Positions 19,472 through 27,115 of a stretch of 64,000 nt of DNA are shown here, one piece after another. Numbering within the stretch: the stretch's first letter is position 1; each line of letters begins with the position of its first letter. Made by a program: the position numbers and the translations under genes. Source of the stretch: Candidatus Dormiibacterota bacterium (lineage in GTDB: Bacteria > Chloroflexota > Dormibacteria > CF-121). The notes under the pieces were generated by a model. It was not told where the DNA came from and searched no databases. It saw only the letters and a program-made list of their open reading frames with translations. The stretch covers positions 4,017 to 68,016 of the forward strand of contig DAINCX010000004.1 in NCBI GenBank assembly GCA_036732165.1, in the 5' to 3' direction.

Positions 19472-19825
19472 CTACGCGTCCCCCGGAAACCTCACGTCGC
19501 CAATGAACACGTTCACCTGGCGGACCTCGAGCCCGAGCATCTTGTCGATGGCGTCCGCCACCTGGCGCTGGACCTCCGCTGCCACCGTGGGCACATGGGC
19601 GGAGTGGTCGACGACGAGGAAGAGCTCCAGTTGCAGCGAGTCGTTCCCCATGTCGACTCGCACGCCTTTGTACGAGGTCGTGACCGGCAGGAGGCGATGG
19701 CCATCCCTCGCGCGCGCCGGGTACATGCCCACGATCCCCTGGACCTGCGTGGCCGTCAGCGATGCGATATGGGCGATGACCTCGTTGGCCACCTTGACGG
19801 AACCCCGCGTCCGGGCCTCGGGCAC
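19472..19825 (-). CDS. Asp23/Gls24-family stress protein
   Basis: VKVANEVIAHIASLTATQVQGIVGM is the Asp23 family signature; 117 aa. Confidence 0.75.
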   Translation of the reverse strand: MPEARTRGSVKVANEVIAHIASLTATQVQGIVGMYPARARDGHRLLPVTTSYKGVRVDMGNDSLQLELFLVVDHSAHVPTVAAEVQRQVADAIDKMLGLEVRQVNVFIGDVRFPGDA

Positions 19826-20382
19826 TAGACGCGCTCCACGTAGGCGCCGGTGCGGGTGTCGACCCGGACCACATCGCCCTCGTTGACGAAGAACGGCACG
19901 TTGAGGGTCAGCCCGGTCTCGACGGTTGCCGGCTTGCCGCCGCCCGCCGCGGTGTCGCCGCGGAAGCCAGGGGCGGTTTGCGTCACCTTGAGATCGACGG
20001 TCGTGGGCAACTCGACCCCAAGCGGCGTGCCCTCGTACATCAACACGGAAAGGGCCGAGTTCTCCTTCAGGTACTTCAAGGTGTCACCCAGCTGATCGTC
20101 GTTGAGCGGCAACTGGTCGTAGCTGGCCAGGTCCATGAAGAAATGGCGATCACCGTCGCTGTAAAGGTACTGCATCGCGACCTTCTCAATCCTGGCCCGG
20201 GCGAAGCGGTCTTTGTCACGGAACTTCTGATCGATGATGGCCCCTGTCCGGACGTTACGGAGCTTGGTGCGAAAGAACGTGTCGCCGCGCGCATTCTGGC
20301 CCTGTTGGAACTCGATCACGATCCAGAGGCCGCCTTCCCACTCGATCGTCATGCCGTTGCGAAAATCGCTTGGATTGACCAT
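19825..20382 (-). CDS. efp: elongation factor P
   Basis: EF-P KOW/OB domains (NDFRNGMTIEWEGGLWIVIEFQ...RTKLRN); 185 aa. Confidence 0.9.
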   Translation of the reverse strand: MVNPSDFRNGMTIEWEGGLWIVIEFQQGQNARGDTFFRTKLRNVRTGAIIDQKFRDKDRFARARIEKVAMQYLYSDGDRHFFMDLASYDQLPLNDDQLGDTLKYLKENSALSVLMYEGTPLGVELPTTVDLKVTQTAPGFRGDTAAGGGKPATVETGLTLNVPFFVNEGDVVRVDTRTGAYVERV

Positions 20383-20422
20383 GTCCGGCTAGCGATTCTA
20401 CCGGGAACGCCGAGATTGACGG

Positions 20423-20917
20423 TTAGAGGTCGCGCTGCCCGGAGTGGCGGCGGGCCTCCATCTGGGCAAAGATGGCATTGCGCAGCTGCTGCGGGCGTGG
20501 CACGGTGTACAGCCATTCGCCGCCATCGCGGCCGGCCGATTCGAGCTCGATGTCGCCGAACCCCCAGGCCCGGCCCCACAGGCCCTGGTAGGTGGTGAGA
20601 TCCTGGATACGGTCGATCGCGATCGAGCGGGAAAACCTCGACAGCACTCCTTCGTTGAGAATCACCCGTTGGTCGGTCAGCACATATTGGTGCGACCGCC
20701 AGCCCCAGTAATAGAGGTTGAGGACCACCAGGGCCAGCAGCAGGATCCCGAGCAGCCCGAAAAGGTGCAGCTCGCTGCGGAGCGGCAGGACCGCAACGAC
20801 AATGGCGGCGACGAGCGCCCCCAAAATGACGGTGGCAAACGGGCGCAGCATCACGACCCAATGGCGGTGGGCGCTGGCCAGGACGTGCTCGCCCGGCAGG
20901 AGGTCGTCGGCGTTCAT
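20423..20917 (-). CDS. bacterial PH-domain membrane protein (bPH_2 / YdbS-like)
   Basis: LPGEHV..RHW.V, two TM helices, then C-terminal YVLTDQRVIL...IAIDRIQDL; 164 aa; 4-nt overlap with the upstream peptidase gene. Confidence 0.65.
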   Translation of the reverse strand: MNADDLLPGEHVLASAHRHWVVMLRPFATVILGALVAAIVVAVLPLRSELHLFGLLGILLLALVVLNLYYWGWRSHQYVLTDQRVILNEGVLSRFSRSIAIDRIQDLTTYQGLWGRAWGFGDIELESAGRDGGEWLYTVPRPQQLRNAIFAQMEARRHSGQRDL

Positions 20918-21585
20918 GGCGGCTGCACGAACAGGGTAGCGATCGTGCCAAGGGCCAGGAATGGCCCGTAGGGGACGGCTTGCTTCAGGCCGCGGATGCG
21001 CGTCAGAAGCAGGATCACCGCCACGAAACCGCCAAGGAACACCCCGTCGATCAGCGCATGGGCCATCCGCAGATTCGAGAGGCCGGTGGCCATCCCGATG
21101 AAGACCGCCAGCTTGACGTCGCCAAAACCGAAGGCCTCGGCCCCGAATACCAGCTGCCCACCCAGATAGAGGAGCAGAAACACACCGCCGGCGATGAGGG
21201 CCGCCACCGGAGCGGTCCGCCAGTCGGGCCAGGGCCAGGTCAAGAAACGATCCCAGGGCGTCACGAACGCCAGTCCGAAGGCGATCAGCCAGGCGGGAAA
21301 CATGACCAGGTCGAGAATGTAACGAGTCTTGAGATCGAAGGCAAGCACCTGGACCAGGATGGCGACGTATACCGAGTCGATGAGCAGCAGCCGGTGGGGG
21401 CCCACCTTGATGGCAAAGAGCAGGAAGAGCACGGCAGTCAGGGCGGGCATCAGCAGGGGCTCCGGACCCCGCTGCTCGAACTCGATCTCCTCAACGCGTG
21501 CCAGCCAGCGGGACAGATAGTTCAGGCCGGTGCCGATCACGGCACCCAGGGCGGCCCAGGCCAGGGGCAGGAGAAGACCGCTCAC
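20914..21585 (-). CDS. A24-family prepilin peptidase (peptidase domain only)
   Basis: Polytopic membrane protein with catalytic Asp motifs (FDLKTRYILD and GFGDVKL); 223 aa; no N-terminal methyltransferase/zinc-finger extension. Confidence 0.7.
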   Translation of the reverse strand: MSGLLLPLAWAALGAVIGTGLNYLSRWLARVEEIEFEQRGPEPLLMPALTAVLFLLFAIKVGPHRLLLIDSVYVAILVQVLAFDLKTRYILDLVMFPAWLIAFGLAFVTPWDRFLTWPWPDWRTAPVAALIAGGVFLLLYLGGQLVFGAEAFGFGDVKLAVFIGMATGLSNLRMAHALIDGVFLGGFVAVILLLTRIRGLKQAVPYGPFLALGTIATLFVQPP

Positions 21586-22541
21586 GGCGTCAGCCGGCCG
21601 ACGACGGCCCGTTCCAGCGCGGCGCGCATGGCGGGCTCAGGGGCAGGCAGGCCGGTCCAGATCTCGAACGACGCAAGTCCCTGGTGCAGCAACATGCTGA
21701 GGCCGTTGATCGCGCGCGCCCCTCGGCCGCGCGCTCCCCTGACGAGTGGGGTCACCGGCGGATCGTAGACCAGGTCGAACACGAACTGGGTGGGGCCGAT
21801 CCATTCGATCGGAAACGGCCGCGAGTCGCCGTCGGACCCAACGGGCGAGGCATTGACGATCAGGTCGACCTTCGGCACCACGAGCGAGAGCGATCCCAGT
21901 GGGGTCGGGCCGCCGGTCGCGATGTCAAGATCGTGGCAGAGGGCTCGGGCCTCGTCCAGGTCCGGGCTTGCGACAAAGACCCGCGAGGCCTGCGTCCGCA
22001 GGGCGTCGGCTGCGGCGCGAGCGGCGCCGCCGGCCCCGAGGAGCAGCACCGACCGTCCGCGAGGTTGGTAGCCGGCGTCCTCGAGCGCCACGGCAAACGC
22101 CGGACGGTCGGTATTCCAACCGATCAGGCCGCCAGCTCGATGACTGATGGCGTTGACCGCCTTGACCGCCTGGGCCTCCGGACCGAGGCCGTCCAGCAGC
22201 CGGGCGATCGCCACGGTGTGTGGCCGCAGCACGGACGCGCCTACCACCGTCTCGTCGTGGCGCACGTTCGCGACCACGGCCGCGAGCTCCGCCTGGCTGA
22301 CCGGCCGAGCCTCGCACACGGTGTGGAGCCCGGCGGCGGCGAAGGCGGCGTTGTACAGGGTCGCCGGCAATGAATCGAGGGGCGCCGCTCCAAGGAGGAG
22401 CAGGCGCGAGCCGTCCTTACTGGAGGCCGTACTGCTTGAGGAGCTTGGCAAACTCGTCGTTCGTCCGTGCGTAATGGTTGTGGCCCTGGGGATCCGACAG
22501 GTAAAAGTAATAGCCGGTCTGGGCCGGTTGCAGCGCGGCAT
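21582..22541 (-). CDS. aroE: shikimate dehydrogenase-family oxidoreductase (AroE-like, diverged substrate motifs)
   Basis: Rossmann LLLGAGGAARAA, NTD motif, VNAI. The 5' end overlaps mltG by 125 nt, so the true start is probably internal (TTG about 22451 or near RLLLLGAAP). Confidence 0.75.
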   Translation of the reverse strand: MPRCNRPRPAITFTCRIPRATTITHGRTTSLPSSSSSTASSKDGSRLLLLGAAPLDSLPATLYNAAFAAAGLHTVCEARPVSQAELAAVVANVRHDETVVGASVLRPHTVAIARLLDGLGPEAQAVKAVNAISHRAGGLIGWNTDRPAFAVALEDAGYQPRGRSVLLLGAGGAARAAADALRTQASRVFVASPDLDEARALCHDLDIATGGPTPLGSLSLVVPKVDLIVNASPVGSDGDSRPFPIEWIGPTQFVFDLVYDPPVTPLVRGARGRGARAINGLSMLLHQGLASFEIWTGLPAPEPAMRAALERAVVGRLTP

Positions 22542-23340
22542 CGATCGCCTTGATCCCGGGGTTGGCGATCGGGCCGGGTGGCAGCCCGGTGTGGAGGTAG
22601 GTGTTGTACGGCGAGTTCACCTTCCGGTCATCGGTTGTCACGGTTGCCTGCCAGACGCCCTTGGCATAGAGGACGGTGGCGTCAATCTGCAGGGGCCAAC
22701 CATCGCGAAGCCGGTTATAGATGACGCTGGCGACCAGCGGCCGGTCTTCATCGAATCTCGCTTCTCGCTCGATCAGCGAGGCGATGGTGACGATCTGTGG
22801 AGCGCTCAGCTTCCGCTGGGCGGCCAGCGCCTTGCGCGCATCGTTCCAATTGCGATTGAACGCATCGAGTTGCTGGGTGATCAACTGCTTGGCGGTGCCG
22901 GTGCGCGGGATCAGGTATGTGTCGGGAAACAGGAACCCCTCGAGGGACGTCCCGTCCGTTCGCCCCTTCAGAAAGCCATCGGTGAACTGGCCCTGCGTGG
23001 CCAGGGTGGTGTAATCGCTGCCCTTGATCAATCCGCCCTTGTCGAGCAGCGCGGCGGTCTTGGCGATGGTGTACCCCTCGGGAACCGTGATGAAGATCTC
23101 TTCCGGAACAGCGGTTTGCAGGATCTGCAGGATCTGGATCATGTTCCGGCTCCGATCGATCTGGTACGCACCCGCCTGGACATTGCGGTCGAGGTGACGG
23201 TACCGAGCGTACAGGTCGAAAACCGTTTCCGAGTCGATCAGGCCCGCCCGGTGCAGGGTCGCGGCCACCTCGTGGAAGGTCGCGCCGGGCGGAACGACGA
23301 ACCGGGCCGTCCCACCGCCAGGATTTTGTGGTTTGTGCAA
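22417..23340 (-). CDS. mltG: endolytic murein transglycosylase MltG (YceG)
   Basis: YceG core (LQIDATVLYAKG, GLPPGPIANPG). The first canonical start (TTG 23340) lies after the N-terminal TM helix; the TM helix is encoded in-frame at 23341-23470 with no ATG/GTG/TTG (see findings). Confidence 0.8.
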   Translation of the reverse strand: MHKPQNPGGGTARFVVPPGATFHEVAATLHRAGLIDSETVFDLYARYRHLDRNVQAGAYQIDRSRNMIQILQILQTAVPEEIFITVPEGYTIAKTAALLDKGGLIKGSDYTTLATQGQFTDGFLKGRTDGTSLEGFLFPDTYLIPRTGTAKQLITQQLDAFNRNWNDARKALAAQRKLSAPQIVTIASLIEREARFDEDRPLVASVIYNRLRDGWPLQIDATVLYAKGVWQATVTTDDRKVNSPYNTYLHTGLPPGPIANPGIKAIDAALQPAQTGYYFYLSDPQGHNHYARTNDEFAKLLKQYGLQ

Positions 23341-23472
23341 CTCCTGGTCGACCCAATTGAAGGCCAGGACCCCTGGGACACCGATGAGCGCCGGCAGGAG
23401 GAACAGGATGACGAGAATCCACGGGAGGCAGCCGCGCCGGCGGCGGGGCCGCGGCCGATCCTTGACGGCCAG

Positions 23473-23757
23473 TTAGCGGTCCACCTCGCCGTCTTCGTCG
23501 TCGGCCTCATTGTCTTCGAAGTCCTCTAACTGGTCCACGACCCGGTCGTGCTCCTCGTCATCGAGCGTGACCAGTGACTCGCCCTCCCGACGCAGGATCA
23601 AGACGCGTTCCGCGTCGTCTTCGGCCTGCAGGACGTAATACGTTTCTCCCTCGATTTCCACGATGTCATGAACGACGTAGCTTTCTTCTTCGCCAGTCTT
23701 CTCGTTGACCAGCTCGATCGTCTGGATCTCGCCGTCCTTGTCGGGCATTTCGGGCAT
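23473..23757 (-). CDS. DUF1292-family acidic protein (YrzB-like)
   Basis: Highly acidic about 95-aa protein (IELVNEKTGEEESYVVHDIVEIEGETYYVL) in the conserved ruvX-DUF1292-mltG arrangement. The longest ORF starts at 23835 inside ruvX; the likely start is M27. Confidence 0.65.
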   Translation of the reverse strand: MPEMPDKDGEIQTIELVNEKTGEEESYVVHDIVEIEGETYYVLQAEDDAERVLILRREGESLVTLDDEEHDRVVDQLEDFEDNEADDEDGEVDR

Positions 23758-23758
23758 C

Positions 23759-24253
23759 TCAGCCTCCTGAACCTCGGTTACCCCGGTAGTCGAGGTAACC
23801 CTGCAACAATAGCGTGGCGGCCACCCGGTCGACATCCTGGCGTCGACGCGCCCGCCGTTTTCCCTGCTCGATCAGGAAGCGCTCGGCAGCCACCGTGGTC
23901 AGCCGCTCGTCCCAGTACTCGACCGGGAGTCCGGTCACGCGCCCGACCTCGGCACCGAACGCCTGGGCATTACGGGCTGCCACGTCGACGGTCCCGTCCA
24001 TCATCCGGGGAAGGCCGACCAGCACCAGCTCGACGCCATTGTGGACAACGATCCGGTTGAGCTCCTGCAGATCCTCCGGCTCCGACCGCCTGTGGAGCAC
24101 GCTGAGCGGGAGGGCCACCGTGCCCGAAGGATCACTGAGCGCGAGACCCAGGCGCTTGGAGCCAGGGTCAATCGCGAGGATCCTCACGGAGTCGGACTGC
24201 CCGCGACCTCCTGGATCTTGAGGGTAATCCGTGACGAGAAAAACGGCAGCCAT
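23759..24253 (-). CDS. ruvX: Holliday-junction resolvase-like RuvX/YqgF
   Basis: RILAIDPGSKRLGLALSD (RNase H-like YqgF). The likely start is the GTG at about 24187, overlapping the upstream stop (GTGA). Confidence 0.85.
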   Translation of the reverse strand: MAAVFLVTDYPQDPGGRGQSDSVRILAIDPGSKRLGLALSDPSGTVALPLSVLHRRSEPEDLQELNRIVVHNGVELVLVGLPRMMDGTVDVAARNAQAFGAEVGRVTGLPVEYWDERLTTVAAERFLIEQGKRRARRRQDVDRVAATLLLQGYLDYRGNRGSGG

Positions 24254-25767
24254 GGCAGGCCGTAGGGGGACTGGGTGACCCGGGCATCGACGACATTGGG
24301 CAAGGATTGGAGAAACGCGTGGGCGCTCGACGGCGTTTTGCCCTTGAGATGGGAGCGGATGTTGGCCTCCAGGAAGACCGGCGTGTAGGAGCCAGCCGCG
24401 TGCCCATTGAGGGTGAGGTTGCCGTCGGCCGTCGCCCCCGACGGGTCGTAGCTGATGGTCGGATTGGACGTCAGCTGCGAGCCGGGCGGCACCTTGCGCC
24501 CGATGGCATCGTGGAGCATCGTCTTGACGATCTTGTCGTCGAAGGCGACCCCGGCCCCTGCCACCGTTACGGTGACATTGAAATTGAATGGGGTCTGCAG
24601 CTCGTCGCCAACCTTGTGGTCGGCGCTGACCGAGGACTGAACACCCTTGCCGACCGGCACGAGGTGGAGCCCCGGTGCCTTCGCCGCCAGCTCGCCCTGG
24701 ACCTTGGGCACCTCGTCCTTGGCGTAGGCCGTGACGATGCTATCGATGTCCGCTTGCTGGATGATCGTGGCAGTCCGCTGGTCGGCGCCGTTCACGGTCG
24801 GCTGAGGATTGTCGACTTTCAAATTGTCCGGATCGGTGTTCCCCTCGATTGTGGTGATGGTGTGTGGATCCGTATTGCCGTCGGCCCCAGCAGTCACGGC
24901 ACTTACGGCGACGTTCGTCGAACCAAACGGTCCCGTCATACTGGCGGCCCGTTGGGTCGCATAGCGCTTTCCCGCGTCGGTGCGAACGACCAGACCCTTG
25001 GGCAAGTTTTCGGTGCAGAGGAAGCAGGAGAGTGTGAACGTCACGTTCCCCGTGGCGGGCGCCGCGACTATCGGCTTCTGGCCCGTCGCCGTGCCCTGGA
25101 CGGTCTGGGACTCACTCGCGAGGAGGGCCTGGGTAACGAAATGATCCGGCGATCCGGCCGCCGTTCCCGGGGCGCCGATCAACTGGACGTCGGTCTTCAG
25201 CGGGGTGCCCTGGACCGAGAGCGTCACCGCCGCGGTCGGAACATAGAGCAGCAGGGCAAGCAGGCCGAGCAGGGCGATGAGGCCGGCGCCAATCAGGTAA
25301 GGGCGGTAGGTGCTTAAGGGTGGCGGCCCGACTTTGCCCGCCGCCGGGACAGCGGCACGCTTTGGTGCGCCGGAGATGATGGGCGCTTCGCGACGGCGAA
25401 CCGGAGCCGCCACCGGAGCCGCCAGGGTGGTCGCGGCCGCCGCCACTTGCGGCTCCGCGCTCCCCACGCCGGGGCGATGGACCTCGGCCCCGTTGTCGTA
25501 CGCGAGCAGGCTGGGGAAGGCCGAGAATCCCGTCTCGAGCGAGAGCGCCTGCAGGCGGGCGTCCCCACTGATGACGTTGACATGCTTGCCGTAGCTGTCG
25601 GCGTATCGCTTGAGCAACCGGAAGCTCATCGGACTCTGCAGGGCGCGCGATCGCTCGGGCACGACGAAGGTCACGGCGTCTTCCAGGCTGAGATCGCGGA
25701 GCCGGTCCACCAGGTCCGTGATCTCCTCATCCGCCTCGACGTACAGGAGCTTGGCCAGGGTTTTCAT
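24184..25767 (-). CDS. hypothetical bitopic membrane protein (cytoplasmic N-domain, Pro/Ala linker, 1 TM, large extracytoplasmic domain)
   Basis: 527 aa: N-terminal about 100-aa globular domain; Ala/Pro-rich linker; TM YRPYLIGAGLIALLGLLALLLYV; about 330-aa Thr/Gly/Val/Asn-rich C-terminal domain; no recognisable family. Confidence 0.6.
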   Translation of the reverse strand: MKTLAKLLYVEADEEITDLVDRLRDLSLEDAVTFVVPERSRALQSPMSFRLLKRYADSYGKHVNVISGDARLQALSLETGFSAFPSLLAYDNGAEVHRPGVGSAEPQVAAAATTLAAPVAAPVRRREAPIISGAPKRAAVPAAGKVGPPPLSTYRPYLIGAGLIALLGLLALLLYVPTAAVTLSVQGTPLKTDVQLIGAPGTAAGSPDHFVTQALLASESQTVQGTATGQKPIVAAPATGNVTFTLSCFLCTENLPKGLVVRTDAGKRYATQRAASMTGPFGSTNVAVSAVTAGADGNTDPHTITTIEGNTDPDNLKVDNPQPTVNGADQRTATIIQQADIDSIVTAYAKDEVPKVQGELAAKAPGLHLVPVGKGVQSSVSADHKVGDELQTPFNFNVTVTVAGAGVAFDDKIVKTMLHDAIGRKVPPGSQLTSNPTISYDPSGATADGNLTLNGHAAGSYTPVFLEANIRSHLKGKTPSSAHAFLQSLPNVVDARVTQSPYGLPWLPFFSSRITLKIQEVAGSPTP

Positions 25768-25785
25768 CCTATTGAGTCGCTGCCT

Positions 25786-25814
25786 TTCATACCGGAAACG
25801 TCACGGATTGTCCA
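25786..25814 (-). promoter_or_regulatory. candidate sigma-70-type promoter in the 76-bp lower-GC spacer between the ftsA-like gene and the downstream membrane-protein gene
   Basis: Minus strand TGGACA-N17-TATGAA about 20 nt upstream of the ATG at 25767. Confidence 0.25.
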
Positions 25815-25843
25815 GTCGTTACGCTGTCACCTTTTACTCGGCT

Positions 25844-27115
25844 TCAGACCTTCATCACTTTGAGTACTTTTCGCATGATCCCGAATAGGGGGGTCTGTTC
25901 TTCGGATTGCTGCTGGATGGCGTGGAAGGCGAGCCCCATCGGCGTGATGTCCTGTTGGTCGAGCAGCAACCCGGTGGAATCGTAGATGCCGCGGATGTCC
26001 ACCGGGCGGAGCACGTGGACCGCCGGCGTGCGGGCGAAGGGCAGCTTCTCGACCCAGCGGAAGGCTTCGAGCTGCTCCCGGACTTCCGGGAGGGCGCTCC
26101 CGCCACCGGCCAGGTACACCGCGGTCGGCAGCCGGTCGCCCCGGGCCATCTCCTGCAGCGTGATCGCCACGCCCTCGACCAGGACCTCCGCGTCGCGCGT
26201 CAGGACCGCGTGGACCTTCTCCTCGTGGGCCTCAGGTAGCTCCTTCTTGGAGTGGCGGAGCTTGATCGCCTCCGCGTCGGCGAAGGAGATGCCGAAGCGG
26301 GATGCCAGCTTCTTAGTGAACACGCGCCCGCCGATGGGAAACATGCGCGTGCCCTCGATGCCGCCGTTGCGGACGAGCGCGACGTCGGTCGTGCCTCCCC
26401 CGATATCGATAAAGATGCCGCCCGCGTCGTAGACCTCATCGGTGGCGGCACAGCGCGCCATGGCATAGGGCTCGGCGACCGTCGCCACCAGCTCCAGGTC
26501 GAGCTCCGAGGCGATGGTCTGCAGCGCCCCGATGTGGGTCAGGGGCGCGAACGTGTTGAAGACGGTGATCACCATCTGCTTTCCCTGGAACCCGAAGGGG
26601 TTGCTCACGGCGAAGCCGTCGATCTTGACGTTCGTGATCGCCGAGTTGATCAGCTTGACATTGACGTCCGGCACGCCCAGTTCGAGGCTCATCGAGTGGC
26701 GGGCTTCCCGCAAAGCGCGCTTCTGCACGATCTCGAGCGTTCGCATCAGCTCGACCTCATTCACCTTCAGGTCCGGGTCGGCCCGCGGGACCGTCACGGA
26801 TGTGCTGAAGCCCTTGACCTGCTCGCCGGCAATCCCGATCACCGCCTGCCCGGGGATGGTGTCGCACATGTCCTCCGCCTGGGACATGGCGCGGTCGCAG
26901 CTATCGATGATCCCCTGGATGTCCGATGGGACGCCGGACTGCATGTCGGAAAACGCCTGCCGCTGTCGCGAGGCGCCCAGCACCACGCCGTTGCGGCCCT
27001 CGCGCTTGACCACCAGCGCCTTGATGTACTCGGTGCCGATATCGAGCGCCGTGTAGAAATTCTCGTAATCCGCGCCGCGCCGCAACCGTTTGATCCGGTC
27101 CTTCAGCTTGAGCAT
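25844..27115 (-). CDS. ftsA: FtsA-family actin-like ATPase (cell division protein FtsA or paralog)
   Basis: Actin-fold motifs (ALDIGTEYIK, DIGGGTTDVALV, LAGGGSALPEV), 1C-like insertion, C-terminal amphipathic membrane-targeting helix LFGIMRKVLKVMKV; 423 aa; not next to ftsZ in this window. Confidence 0.8.
   Translation of the reverse strand: MLKLKDRIKRLRRGADYENFYTALDIGTEYIKALVVKREGRNGVVLGASRQRQAFSDMQSGVPSDIQGIIDSCDRAMSQAEDMCDTIPGQAVIGIAGEQVKGFSTSVTVPRADPDLKVNEVELMRTLEIVQKRALREARHSMSLELGVPDVNVKLINSAITNVKIDGFAVSNPFGFQGKQMVITVFNTFAPLTHIGALQTIASELDLELVATVAEPYAMARCAATDEVYDAGGIFIDIGGGTTDVALVRNGGIEGTRMFPIGGRVFTKKLASRFGISFADAEAIKLRHSKKELPEAHEEKVHAVLTRDAEVLVEGVAITLQEMARGDRLPTAVYLAGGGSALPEVREQLEAFRWVEKLPFARTPAVHVLRPVDIRGIYDSTGLLLDQQDITPMGLAFHAIQQQSEEQTPLFGIMRKVLKVMKV

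Noticed and set aside
23341-23472. DUF1292-MltG fusion by stop-codon readthrough
   Set aside because: TAA is the least leaky stop codon and the fusion topology is implausible. Non-canonical initiation or a sequence error is more likely, so it is kept only as an alternative within the finding.
25844-27115. Type IV pilus PilM instead of FtsA for the actin-like ATPase
   Set aside because: A C-terminal amphipathic membrane-targeting helix and a 1C-like insertion are FtsA features. PilM lacks the amphipathic tail and binds the PilN N-terminal peptide, and no INLLP-type motif is seen downstream.
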